From NCBI GenBank assembly GCA_951406725.2, contig OX597838.1:45446001-45510000 (forward strand): 64,000 nt of DNA, given 5' to 3'. The position numbers and the translations under genes were made by a program. The notes under the pieces are model-generated. The model was not told the origin of the DNA. It made no database searches and saw only the letters and a list, made by a program, of their open reading frames with translations. Shown here in pieces: positions 25,766 to 38,944 of the stretch. Origin of the DNA: Octopus vulgaris. Lineage: Eukaryota. How positions within the stretch are numbered: the stretch's first letter is position 1; each line of letters starts with the position of its first letter.

Positions 25766-27130
25766 TTATATCAGTGGTTCGACTTGTTCGACTGGTTTGC
25801 CTTGTTTTTCGTCGTCTTCTTCGTTTTTATTTTTTTCCTTGGCTCGTGGGGGAGTCCGACGCAGGCCCTCGTATAGATATGGAGACATGTCCAGTCTCAG
25901 AGGGCCCACGTCGTGGAAGAATTCGGATTTTATCCTCCTGTAGTCCTTCCGGCCTATTTTGTACACGATACAGTCTTTCGTTCTCCTTACTCTTTCCACA
26001 TTGGCCATGGCTGCCAACACATTGACTAGTCTCTTGTTGGTAGCCTTAATGGCCATAAATGAAGTAGTAACTTCTTTTCTTTTCTTCTGGTTTTCTTCTT
26101 CTTGAGGGGTGGTTTCTGTTTTCCGTTTTTTTTTTTGGTAACTTTAGACCACCCCTCCTCTTTTTCGTTTTCTTTTTCTTTTTCCGCACCACTCGATGAT
26201 TTTTCTACCTCTTTGGTTTCTTGTTTTCTTTTCCTTCTCAGCTTCTTCTTTTTCCGACGGTGCTTCTACCTGCGGTTTAGGTTGACACTCCGCTCTTACG
26301 TGTCCCTTTTTCCCGCAGCCGAAGCACCTCGGCTTTCTTCCTTCTACAAATACCAATACTCTCTCCTCCTCATCGAGCCTCAGCACCTCTGGTATTTCCT
26401 CCAGTGTCTGGGCCTCCGCTTGTATTGCCATTGTGATGATCTGGCCCTGCCAAAATCCCTCCTCCTCCACTGTGGCTTGTAGGATATTGATTTTTTCCTT
26501 CAGGCCCAGCATCACTGCCGCCACCAGGCATGTGGCGTCCGCCTCTGGGGGAATATTCCTCATAACTATTTTCGAAGTCCTTCTTCCTTTGTACAAGGGT
26601 AGAAGGACTATGTTTCCTGCTTTTTGTGGTTCGGTAGATAGCCTCTTTGCTATTTCTTCGGTCCTAAACCTCACTTCTACCGTTCCGAAGCGTCTTCCTC
26701 TGTTTATGTAGGTGACATCCTTTCTAATTGCCTTCAGGCACTCCTCTATTTTACTCTCTTCCACTTTTTGTATACTTTTTGTTGTCGTGCTGTATGTCTT
26801 ATAAATTATCCTTTTCTTTTCAATCTCTTCCTTTTTTTCAACATCTTTTTTTACTGCTATCGCATTTCCTTCTTTTTTTAGAAGGGCTTCGTATTATTCC
26901 AGATTATCTACATTTATACTTTTTTGTTTACGCCCCACAACTTCTGCGAACTTCTTCGCTGGGGCCTTTTTTCCTGGCGTTACCGCCGGTTCTTTTTCCG
27001 GCGTCACCGCCGGTGAGCTTTCTTCACCTAAGGCTTGAGAGCTTCCATCACCTGAGATTGGTGAATAAGAAATGGGGAATTCCATTTCGAGTTTTTTTTC
27101 CAGTTGGCATTCACCGCCTTCCGAAGACAT
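25766..27130 (-). pseudogene. Tx1 ORF1 (about 450 aa reconstructed; one in-frame TAA and apparently two A-tract frameshifts)
   Basis: 27130-26894 continues in frame through the TAA into 26764-26144 (CFGCGKKGHVRAEC); shifted frames give EEGWSKVTKKK and join 26056-25766. Confidence 0.85.
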
Positions 27131-27154
27131 TCTGGCTTTGCAGCCGTTTGTAGA

Positions 27155-27187
<33 letters not shown>

Positions 27188-27888
27188 GGATGTGTTTCAC
27201 ACACGATGACACACAATAATTCCCCCGCGGGGGGGGGGGGACTAAGTACGCAGCCTTCGCACGAAGGCCACTAACAGTCTTATTGAAAAGACACCAAAAC
27301 AACAGTGATTAAGCCAACAAAGCAACAGCAATTTACCAACCAAGCAGGCACTCGTATTCAGTCGTTCAAAGTTCAGTGCATCGATGAAAAAGTAACATCT
27401 AACAGACAAAGTAACATCGTAGCGAAAACGAACAGACAACTGCCCATTCCGGCCAAGCACATGGAATGTTTATAAATCATATATCCGGTAAATGGCGGGC
27501 TTTTTACGAACTGCATGTCGGGTAATGAAAAGTATTTCGGAATAAGTTTAACAATTAAGGATAATCTCTTAATAAGGGATCTTAACAAGAAATTATCGGG
27601 TAGTTAGCGTGAAAACCTCATAAAAGAAAAGAATTCGAAAATAATTTTTTTCCTTTGAACAAATTAATTATATCTATATTGTATAGAGGGCATTATTACA
27701 CATAAATGCCTCACGCTAAGAGGGACAAAGTCATTACTACCAAAATTATACTAAAATTATACGTAAAAAGCCCGCCATTTACCGGATATATGATTTATAA
27801 ACATTCCATGTGCTTGGCCGGAATGGGCAGTTGTCTGTTCGTCTTCGCTAAGTAAGGTTGGTAGTTTATTTATGATGTGTTCAGAATC

Positions 27889-27946
27889 AGTTCTGCTGAG
27901 GATCATAAGACGTAAGTTGAATGTGAAATCACGGTGATACAGAACT
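27889..27946 (+). ncRNA. Type I hammerhead ribozyme (copy 2), intact core
   Basis: Stem I AGTTCTG/CAGAACT, CTGAGGA, stem II T-CAT..ATG-T, GAAA, stem III TCAC-G-GTGA, cleavage triplet AUA. Confidence 0.8.
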
Positions 27947-28137
27947 AAATTCATTTTTTAAATGTCTTGCTTTGAAAAAACTGCATTTAGGTATGATTAG
28001 TATAATTTTGGTAGTAATGACTTTGTCCCTCTTAGCGTGAGGCATTTATGTGTAATAATGCCCTCTATACAATATAGATATAATTAATTTGTTCAAAGGA
28101 AAAAAATTATTTAAAAAAAATTATTTATGTATATATA

Positions 28138-28368
28138 AGGCGGCGAGCTGGTAGAAACGTTAGCACGCCGGGCGAAATTCGTAGCCGTATTTCGTCTGTT
28201 GTTACGTTCCGAGTTCAAATTCCGCCGAGGTCGACTTTGCCTTTCATCCTTTCGGGGTCGATAAATTAAGTACCAGTTACGCACTGGAGTCGATGTAGTC
28301 GACTTAATCCCTTTGTCTGTCCTTGTTTGTCCTCTCTGTGTTTAGCCCCTTGTGGGTAGTAAAGAAAT
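28138..28368 (+). mobile_element. SINE family A, tail type 1
   Basis: Full head, body and tail match. Confidence 0.9.
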
Positions 28369-28391
28369 ATATATGTATGTATATTTATATG

Positions 28392-28501
<110 letters not shown>

Positions 28502-28529
28502 CATATATATATATGTATATATGTATATA

Positions 28530-29335
28530 TATCACTTGATCACTTGACCGACCAGTCCGTCAGGCGTCCATTTGACACCGCTGGTCACAGCACGCTGTCC
28601 ACTCCTCTCTGGATCGCGCCTTTCTCATCCACGTGATCCCAATCGTCCTCCAGAAATCGTAACTCCACCGTCGTGGAGGTCTTCCGGGTGGTCTTTTCCG
28701 CTCGCGCGGGTACCACTCGACAACTGCGTGGGTCCACCGATTATCGGAGAGCCGGGCGACGTGTCCAGCCCATCTATACTTACTGCGTGTATACTCTGCG
28801 ATGACATCCCTCACACTGGACTTCTTTCTGATGATCTCGCTACTTATGTGCTCTCTCAACGAGATACCAAGCATTGACCTTTCCATGGCTCTTTGAGCCG
28901 TTACCAGTCACTGCTCTTCTCTCTTTGTGCTAGCCCATGTTTCACTACCATATAACATTGCAGGCAGAACTGCACTGTTAATGAGGTTGGCGCGGGTGGT
29001 CCTGTCCAACCTTCCCTTGAGCACATCCCTTATGCCATTGAACGCCTTCCATCCGGCCCTTACTCTCCGTGAGATCTCCTTTTCGATATCTTGGCACATA
29101 TTTACTTCCTGTCCCAGGTAGACATATTCCCTTACCTCCTCTATTTCATCACTGCCGATCACCATTCGACCTGTTGGTATGTTGTCTGACCGCATGAACT
29201 TTGTTTTCATGCGATTTATCTTGAGACCTACTGCAGAGCTTTTGATATTGAGCTCGGTCAGCATGGTCTGAAGCTGGTCCGTGTTTTCAGCGATGAGTAC
29301 GATGTCGTCAGCGAAACGTCAGCTGACGACATCGA
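28530..29335 (-). mobile_element. 5'-truncated RTE-clade LINE (RT C-terminal half)
   Basis: FADDIVLIA, GLKINRMKTK, YVYLG, YGSETW, RWAGHVAR, RPPGRPPRRW; short repeat tail CAAGTGAT. Confidence 0.9.
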
Positions 29336-29425
<90 letters not shown>

Positions 29426-29444
29426 GTGTGTGTGTGTGTGTGTG

Positions 29445-29740
29445 TTGTTGTTGTTGTTGTTAATCTTGTTTGTTCCTTCTCGAGCCACGCCTGGCTCATA
29501 AGGGCCGGTTCCCGGTTCCTTGGCGTATAGGTTCCCCGCCGGTCCGTCGCAGGTGAGCTGCAAGATGCAGGAGGAAAGAGTGAGGGAAAGTTGTGGCGAA
29601 AGAGTCAGAAGAAGTGTCGCCATTACCTTCTGCCGGAGCAGCGTGGAGCTTAGGTGTTTCGCTCATAAACACACACATAACCCGGTCTGAGATTCGAACC
29701 GCGATCCCGCTACTCTAACCACTTGGCCAAGTGCCTCCGC
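29445..29740 (-). mobile_element. tRNA-derived SINE family C with (CAA)n tail
   Basis: GGAGGCACTTGGCCAAGTGGTTAGAG...GGTTCGAATCTC head; related copy at 49793. Confidence 0.8.
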
Positions 29741-29859
29741 TGTATGTATATGTATGTGTATATATACGTATGAATGTATACATATGTATATATATATATA
29801 TGTGTGTGTGTGTTTATATACATATGTATATATATATATGTGTGTGTGTGTTTATATAC

Positions 29860-29921
<62 letters not shown>

Positions 29922-30111
29922 GTATGTATCAATATATCTGTGTATATGTATACCTATATGTATATGTGTGTGTGCTTTTGTAGTTGTGCTTGCATGATCA
30001 TCGTTTCACAACCGGTATTGCTTTGTTTACGTACACATAAACAGCGAAATGTATGGAAAGTACCAGATTTCAAAACAAAAATGTAATTACTACTTAAATC
30101 CTTAAAATCCT

Positions 30112-33100
30112 TCAAAATGTTTTAGCCTGAAGGCCGCGGCCATGGTGGGGCACCACCGCTGAATGAGCTACACTAATATGTGAATCCACCTCTGATACGT
30201 GGCACTTGATCAACAAGGGAGTTCGATGCTGCTGCCTGCATCTGTGTCTCCTGTCGTGAGGTAGGTTCATATGGGACCCCCGACAAGAAGAGATCCAGTT
30301 TAGTTTTAAAGAAACCCACATCCACACCATGTAAGTCTCTCAGGCATTTAGGGAGGATGTTAAAGAGCTGTGGTCCTCTGAAACCCAAGCTGTTGCAGTA
30401 TCTGGACCTGTATTTTGATGGTGATGTTGGAATCTTTGGCACCATGCAGTGGCGTCCCATTCTGCGGTTGGGGTAACTTTGAATGCCAAAGTTTGGGACA
30501 AGACCCTCCAGGATTTTCCAGATGTATATCACCGCATATCTCTCCCGCCTCCGCTCTAGGGAGAAGAGGTTTAATACCTTCAGTCTTTCCCAGTAGCTGA
30601 TATTTTGCATTGAGACGATCTTCTTTGTGTAGCTTCTCTGAATTGCTTCGAGTTCTGCTGTTAGTTTTATATTGTGTGGTGACCATAGTTGGGAGCAGTA
30701 GTCCAAGCGGCTGAGAACGAATGTTTTCCATAGGACCATATGCGCTTGGAAAGATGCATCATTGCTCATGTCAATGCCCAGGTCACGCACTGATTTTGAC
30801 TCAGGGATTGCAATTCTTCCTGGGCCAGTGTATCTAGTCTGCACGTCGTTTACCTTTGTGTGCCGATAGCGCAGGGCCTGGAACTTACCTGCATTAAACT
30901 GCATGTTGTTGTCCTCAGCCCACCTGTATATTGTATCCAACTCGTGTTGCAGATGCGCAATATTATCAGGGTTTTGTATTGTGTGGGAGACTTTTGTGTC
31001 ATCTGCATAGCTAGCAAGGGTGGCCATCGTAGCAACTGAAGGCATGTCTTTAAGGTCCACTATGAACATCAGTGGCCCCAAGACAGTGCCCTGTGGGACA
31101 CCGCTTGTTATTTGCGTTTCCTTGGAGGTGGCTCAACTGCTCACAACTGCCTGTTTTCTGTCTTTTAGGAAGTTGTGCAACCACTCTCCAAGTTTCCCGC
31201 CTATGCCGAGACCACGCAGTTTGTGACAGATCATACCATGATCGACTTTATCAAAGGCTTTTGCAAAGTCGAGATATATTACATCCACATTTGAGCCATT
31301 TAGTAGCTGTTTCAACACCCAGTCATAGTGTTGCAGGAGCTGTGTTAGGCAGCTTCTACCTGGTCGAAATCCATGCTGGGTGTCAGACAGCAAGTCATTT
31401 TCTTCAAGGAACATGATTAGTTTCTTGCGGACAATTCGTTCCATGACTTTGCTGATGTGTGAGGTCAGAGAGATAGGCCTATAATTTTTAGCATCTGCTC
31501 TGCTACCTCCCTTATGGATAGGGCATATTACTCCCTCTTTCAATTTGACTGGGAGCTTACCACTTGCAAGAAAGCTCTGAAAAAGAAGCTGTAGCGGTTT
31601 TGCAAGGGCTCGTTTGCACGATTTGAGAAGGATCGCTGGAAATCCATCAGGTCCAGCAGCTGAGTTTGTGTCAATCTCATCTATGGCTAGTGTAATATCA
31701 TCATCTTCAATGTTGATGTACTCAATTTTTGCCACTTTGGCCGCAGGTAAAGTGGCAAAGAATTCTTCTGGGTTGTTTACTTGCCTGTGTCCTAGAGGTG
31801 TAGTGAACACACTTTGGAATTGTTCGTTCAGTATTTCACTTATCCTCGTGGGATTTCCTGTAAGAGAGTCATCTTTTTGGAAGAAAGGTCCTATTCTCTG
31901 GTGCACTGTGGCTGTCTCTTTGGCAAACTTAAAGAAAGCTTTAGGGTTTGATTTTATATTTTATATAACCCAAGCTTCTTCATCTGTTCTCTCCTTTTCA
32001 TAGGACTGATGCAGACTTTTCTCAATTTCCATTAGCATTCTCTCGAGCCGAGACTTCTCACCACTTTTGGTGTGCTTGCTCAGGTGGTTCGCAATCCTTG
32101 TCCGTCGTCTCATAAGAATCTTCCTTTCTCTAGGGATCCTGTTTTTGTTTTTGTGTGTGCTGGCCCTGCACACTGGGACATATTTGTCACATATGGCTTG
32201 TATTATGGACATGAAGTGTTTGTGTTTCATGTTAATGTCCGGTGTGGAGAGACATTTAGACCAATCCTGTTTGAGGATCTCTTTCTCAATCAACTTCCAG
32301 TTTGCTTTATGAAAGTTTAAGTTGGAGAGATGGTGGATGCTTCGTATAGGCTGTGTATCTACGGGGGCTTCTGGTCCATACATAGACAGCTCTATTATGT
32401 TGTGATCCGAGATCATTGTCGGCATCACATTAACATTATGGATAATATCCATATTGTTTGTGAAGCAGAGATCCAGTATATTATCTGCCCTTGTTGGTTG
32501 CAGAACTATTTGCTCCATGAAAGAGGCATTTGTGAGATGGAGCAGGGACTCTGCCTGTGCCTGCTGATGGTGTGTCATCCCTGAGAGCATCTGCCCCCCA
32601 GGTCATTCCACATTGTTAAAGTCACCCATGAAGAATACACTGTTGTGTTGTTCAAGGTTGGTGAGGACTTCTATTTTTGTTAGGCAGTCTTCAAACATGC
32701 CTGAGTGATTTGGAGCATCTGGTGGGCGATATGTAGTGCATATGACGATATTCAGTTGTCTTATGTGTACAATTTGAGTTTCACACACTGAGTTTGAATA
32801 TGACAACAGGACCTGGGGCGTGAGGTCATCTCGGATGTACATTGCAACTCCACCATGGCTCCTCCCTTTTCTATCTGAGCGAATGACTGCATATTGCGGC
32901 ATGTGTATTTCTGCATCACCTATATCGGGTCCAAGATGCGTTTCTGTGAGTGCCATGCATATAGCTTGATTGCATGTCGCAAGGTCTCTCAAGAATGAGA
33001 TTTTCCTTTTAAAGTTTCCGCGCAGCAGCCCTCCTACGTTCAGTAGAAATATTTTTGTGGTGTGTGTGTTGGTGTTGGTGTTGGTGTCTGTGGTGGCCAT

Positions 33101-33240
33101 CCTGCATCTGTTGGAGATGGCCTTATGTGGTGGTAGTTCCAGCTTTGTGCTTGTAGCCAGGTCAGCTGCTGAACAATTTTTTGTGCCATGCACAAAAAAG
33201 ATTGCTGTTCAGCTGCTGCCCTTCTCACATCTGGGTGAAG
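30112..33240 (-). mobile_element. CR1-group LINE, decayed with internal deletions (ORF1 end, APE, RT, 3' tail)
   Basis: ALTETHL, SHGGVAMY, YRPP, GDFN, SDHN, NYRPISLTS, YLDFAKAFDKVDH, YADDTK, SLERRR, FKTKLD; several frameshifts. Confidence 0.92.
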
Positions 33241-34002
33241 CTATCGATTTGTTCCACTAACCCTATAAGTCAATACTCCAGCATGGTCGCAGTCCAATGC
33301 CTAAAGCAGGAAAAAAAGAATACAATTTAAATGATTTTTTAAAAACCAAAACCTGAGTCCTTGGAGTTTCATCCGCAATTGTAATTAAACACAGAAATTT
33401 GAATATAGATTAAACCAATAGTTTCGCAAAGTGTATCCAGGTGCGACAAAGACTCTTACAAAATTTAATTCAAGGTTTTGGAACAATTTCGAGCGTCATG
33501 CAAAGTGCTATTCATAATTTCTTACACACGTGTGTTATCAATTTGTTATTATGCATAAGTGTGATTAATAACACAATTTGAACAATAGTTTTCTACGTTT
33601 ATGTCTAAAATTTTAAATTAAACACGAAAAAGAAACGGAGTATTCTAACCAAAATTATACGAAATTATTTTGCTGCATGTAGAAATCTATCGCAATAATT
33701 TTCAGGTTTCAATTAGATTTCCTTAAACTGAGGAGGTAAAATAAACCGAAACATGTGTCTATGCTTTTCCTTCGATTGCAAAGAAAGCACAGAAAGATCA
33801 GACTCTCATTTCCCTAAGAATTTAAATTCACTCGGGAAATAATTCTAAGTTTCTAGAAATTATCTCTCTTTTCCTCAAGCAGGTTTTGTTAGGTCGTTGC
33901 TTACTTTTTCTGAATTATGCGGAGAGTGCAATGAACTATGTATTCATAAATTATCGAAATTCATGACATTGGCTCATATGTATATATGTGTGCGCGCGTA
34001 TA

Positions 34003-34047
<45 letters not shown>

Positions 34048-34099
34048 TCTCTTTCTCTACTTTGAAATAAATTTTGGCCGATCATCTGTTTGGTAGCAA

Positions 34100-36950
34100 G
34101 GTTGTGTAGGAAAAAATCTTGCTTTATTTATCATCCTCCAAATCTTTCAGATTTTTATCTTCCCAGATATTGTGGTCATTTGTTGACTAAAGTATTTGGG
34201 TTCTCTCCCCAAGAACTCAAGTTCCACCACACTTTGCTCCAGACGGGTTGGTACGTATCCTATTGCTCCAATGATAATAAGCATGATGCTGAAAGTGTAT
34301 CTTGAATACTGTAGATGTTTTCTTTTTCTTTCTTTGTTTTCCTATTCCAGGCTATTCTAGCGACTGCCTCGTGTCACGTGGCAAGATAATATCTGGAAGA
34401 CATTCTCTCGCAATTAGCAATACTGTGGTTGATGTCTTCAGTTTGGGACTTGCACGCTCAGCGTTTGTTGCTTATCAATGTTTTCCGCCTCTTATGCTGT
34501 CGGTACTTTATTGGGATTTCCTGTTCTTGGGCTGCATGGAGGTAACTTTCAAACTGTGATGTCATATACTTGTCGGTACTCCAAACTAAGCTTTTGACAT
34601 GACCAATCCCTTCTATGGTTTGTGTTTTATGCGCCAAGTACCCAAGTATTATCTTCTTGGTGAAATGGTCCATTTTTTATTCTGTTGTTCTGATAAATGT
34701 TTTACCAACGCTCTTTGGGGTGAGATCTATATCAGTTCTTATTTCATGCCTCTCCTCGTGTTCATTAGCTATCCTAATTATGTTGTCGATTTCAATGTCC
34801 CAGACTTGGGCAAGACAGTTACTAGTCTCTCTCCTTTGCTGCACATGTTTGTTTCAGTGTCACAATATACGCTTCACATGTTATAATTACGGGATTGAGT
34901 CCACGGCCACCATCCCTGGTGTGAGAAGTAGAGCCTGACTACATCTCCATTTATGTTAAAGTCTCCTGGAATACTGAGCAACTTGTGTGTACGAACATCT
35001 ATCTCATTCATCTTTTGTAGTGTCCAGTTCAAAATTCCAAACGAAGCTTGAGGACAGGCACTGCAAAGGTGTTGTAGACGATATGCTTGTTGCAAGCTGA
35101 GCGTTCTGATGACCAATTTCTCTTTACTCACCAGGGGTATTCATTCCTGGTCCTTTATTTATAAGTCCATCCACCATATTTGACATACTCATCCTGTCCG
35201 AGATGCCTGTAATTGTCATCTGACTGTAGAGGTTGTTTTTTCAAGCCATTCATTTTTAGGTTTTCAGAAGAGGGCACAACTTTTCTACGTTTCATTGCCC
35301 AAAATGCACCAAATTTCATTCCAATGTCTTTAAAAAATTGTGTAATGAAGTCCAATTGCTTTTTCATATGGTTGATAGTTGGCCTATACAGATTCAGGTA
35401 GTTGATAAAGGAAAGATGGGAGATAATTTTGGATCCATTTCTATGGCCATTATGTTTCTTGAGCAGGTATAACAGTAGCTGTTGTATACAGCCTCACATC
35501 TTTCCTCCAGTTTATTCAGGTGCTATAATGTTGGTAGCATAAGGATCATGCAAGGATAGATTGAGGAACTTGGTGTATGATTTGTACATGATGTTCTGGC
35601 CGACTATTGGGCGTTAATTTTTAGCAAGGGTGGTTTGGTTATTTTGAGGTATGAGGAGAGTAGTTGCAGTTGATAACTATTTGGGCAATTGTTGTATGCG
35701 CTTGATACTTTCTCCATACAACCTCATGAGATCCCACCGATAGAAGGTGCAATTCTTCAATCAATAAACTGGTACGAGGTCTGAACTCGGGGATTTCCTG
35801 TTTGACATTTTTTGTAGGATTGCTTCCAGTATTTCGCTGTCTATTATCATATTAATTTTGCTGGGCATGCTGGCAGTAGCCCTGCTCCAGTTTCTTTAGC
35901 CATACAGCTTGTTTGTTGAATTTATCAGTTTTTCCCTTACAAATCTCCAGAAGCCCTAAAGCTGATCATGTGCTGAGGTACCTTTTACAGGGATTCAGCT
36001 TTCTTCATTGCAGCTGCGAAGCACTGACTTGGGATCTCCGGCAGATAATTTATTGGGCATTTACTGTTTATATGCTGCAGATTTATATTTTAGTTTTTCA
36101 GTTGTAGCTATGAGTTATTGTTTCAGATAGTGCAGTTTGGGGTTTAGGTTTTTGAATCCTCTATCACCAAATCGCCTCTCCACCTTTTTTTTTTCTTTTC
36201 TGAGATCTTCATGTGTAAAGTTGTTCACTGTGTTACATTTCATAACCAAAACGATCTGTGAGGCACTGTTTCTCTGGAGTCAAATTTTAGTTTTTAAATT
36301 ACATGCCCATGTTTTTTAAGGCTTTCTACTTGTTATCTCGAATGCGTGACTTCAGCTCTGTGATACACTAGTGATGTAATAGCTGAGACATATATCAAAA
36401 GGTTTATGATTTCGTAGGTTGTTTTCATACACTTCTAGATTGTGTGGTCTTTAGATATTTGTTTGTTATTTCATTTACTGCCTTTAATTCTAAGTTACTG
36501 GGTTCTTTATTTATACTGGTGTTGTACGGTTTGTCATTCAAATTAAGGTTGTAGACTTGTCGAAGCATATCAACCTAGATAAGGCGTCCACAAGCTTTTG
36601 ATGTTCTTCTGTTAGTACATTATAGATAAGGATTTCAGTTAAATTGTTGATGTGTTGTTTTTAAACAAGATTTCCCTGGCCATTCTGTCTATTTATCAGT
36701 GGAAGTGAAGTGATTATCTTTAATGGTTGGCTTTATAGTACCACCCTGCTTTGGATCAGACATTTCCGTTAGCAGTATCAATTTACATATAATGATACGT
36801 TCTGCTTGTCCATTTAAATCTTTGGAAGGAAAATCTAATTCTAGGTGTTTGGTGTTCCACAAATATTTTAGCCTTTGCATAAAAGCAAAATTTTGGAGAT
36901 AGACTCTATATGTGCTTCCAATAAATCTTTGACAAGATCGTACTCCATTT
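34100..36950 (-). mobile_element. Highly degenerate R4/Dong-like LINE
   Basis: Fragments QFFKDIGMKFG, NYRHLGQDE and LNWTLQKMNEIDVRTHKLL...DVVRLY; many stops. Confidence 0.7.
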
Positions 36951-37735
36951 TTAAAGTAATTGTAGTCCCAATGTGGTCAAAGAAAACTCATACGTTCAGC
37001 CATGATATTTGTATTATTTTTTCAAAGTAGACAATGAACTCCTTTAAATGTTTCCATAATGTTTTGTCAGAATGGAATTTGAAGTTGTTCACAGCTTGGG
37101 TAATCTTTCCCTTGAGGTTGTTTTAAATTCTACAATTGTATTTAGACGTACATAATGAGTGTCCTTTTCTTTCTTCTTTTCTTTTCTTTCTTTCTTTTTT
37201 CTTTTGTTTCGTGAGTTGTTTTGAAACGTTACTTGGCTTACTTCTTTATGTTTGTAACATTTGAGTGTTATGTTTGTATGACTATGTTAAAACATATGTA
37301 ACGTTTATATAGACATGCTGTAATACATGTAATCTTTAAAACACTTACGTACAAATATTCGCATACAATCTTACCAAATCCGGTATTGGGTATGGTGTCT
37401 TCATATAAGCAGTAATATAGGCGTCCGAATATCGGATTAACCACAACGGTCACCATTATGTATGAATGCATGAATGATAATGACAACGATGACGACGACG
37501 ATGATGCCAATGATGATGATAATGATGATGACGATGACGACGATGATGATGGTGGTGGTGGTGGTGGTGCTGGTGTCGATCGAGATTCGAAACGCTATCG
37601 CTATCACCAACACTATGACCACCACGTCCACAACTGACACAATCACTAATATGGCCACCACAACTTTTACAACCATTCTTACAACCACCCCTATCGCCTG
37701 CATTAATACCACCACCACTACCACCACTGCCAATC

Positions 37736-38137
37736 CTTTTTTTCTTTTTTTATTCTACTCTAGGCACAAAGCACGAAGTTCTGGAGGAAGGGGCAGTCGA
37801 TTAGATTGACCCAGTACGCAACTGGTACTTAATTTATCGACCCCGAAAGAATGAAAGGCAAAGTCGACTTCGGCAGATTTTGAACTCAGTACGTAGCGAC
37901 AGACGAAATACCTATTTCTTTATTACCCACAAGGGGCTAAACACAGAAGGGACAAACAAGGACAGGCATAGGTATTAAGTCGATTATATCGACCCCAGTG
38001 CGTAACTGGTACTTATTTAATCGACTCCGAATGGATGAAAGGCAAAGTCGACCTCGGCGGAATTTGAACTCAGAACGTAGCGACAGACGAAATACCGCTC
38101 AGCATTTCGCCCGGCGTGCTAACGTTTCTGCCAGCTC
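37736..38137 (-). mobile_element. Dimeric SINE family A (tail 1 joined at GGTATTTCG to a second body with tail 2)
   Basis: 9-bp TSD CTGCCAATC (37727-37735 / 38138-38146); junction GACGAAATACC|TATTTCTTTATTACCC at about 37912. Confidence 0.9.
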
Positions 38138-38904
38138 CTGCCAATCTTAACACACGATCATGCCACCATTAATCCCTTCACCACAACGACCACCACTACT
38201 ACTACTACTGTCAGCACCGTCGCCGTGACGACCACCAATGCCATCATTTCCCCACCACCACCACCACTACCCTAACCTACATAGAACATTGTCCACCTAG
38301 TATCTTAATTTTCAGAACCAAAGTTTGCAACCCATTTCTATAACAGAGAAAGAGACGGAAAGGGAGGAGTTGAAGGAGGAAGATGCGGCGGAAGTGGAGG
38401 GGATGGAGGAGGCAGAAGAGAAAGTAGAAGCGGAGGTGGAGGAGGTTGAAACAGAATGAGGAAGAGATGGAGGAGGAGGAGGGGGAGGAGGGGGGAGGAG
38501 GCCGAGGAGGAGGCCGAGGAGGATGCCGAGGCGGTGACCAAGGAGAAAGTAGCCGAGACGTGGAGAGCGAGTTATGGCAAGAAGGGAGAGAGAAAGAGAG
38601 GGAAAGAGACAGATGAAGATAACTGTTATTGGATAACTGAGAGAAATTGTTCGTTAAGCTGAAAGTGTAGACACAATTACTAAAGAGTTTGACTTCCGTT
38701 TCCTGTATTTCCTAGAAACGCTGTTTGTTTTTATATTTTGCTCAAAGAGAATGGTTAGTGCTTCAAAATGAATTCCACTGCGTCTGCTTTTGTATTAATG
38801 GCCAGTTATGAAAATATGATTATTGTAATCGTTATTGCAGGTGCTCAACCTTTATCGACAAGAACTATGATCAAAGGTGTTCCAAGCGTGAAAAATCCCC
38901 ATTT

Positions 38905-38944
<40 letters not shown>

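Larger units (their letters stand above)
22118..27419 (-). mobile_element. Full-length L1/Tx1-clade non-LTR retrotransposon
   Basis: 15-bp TSD TAGCGAA(G/A)ACGAACA (22103-22117 / 27420-27434), confirmed by the empty site in the inverted pLTR copy; 5' UTR, ORF1, ORF2 and 3' UTR present. Confidence 0.95.
21880..28111. mobile_element. Penelope-like pseudo-LTR complex (copy split by Tx1, partial tandem copy 27650-27755, inverted copy 27762-28111)
   Basis: 21880-22117 plus 27420-27508 is the reverse complement of about 27762-28072; each carries an identical hammerhead; tandem plus inverted pLTRs are typical of PLE insertions. Confidence 0.8.

Noticed and set aside
25766-26056. Apparent third ORF between ORF1 and ORF2 of the Tx1
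   Set aside because: Better explained as the frameshifted C-terminus of ORF1
37437-38662. Met/Thr/Val-rich and Glu/Arg-rich ORFs
   Set aside because: Trinucleotide and GA-rich low-complexity DNA, interrupted by a SINE with a TSD
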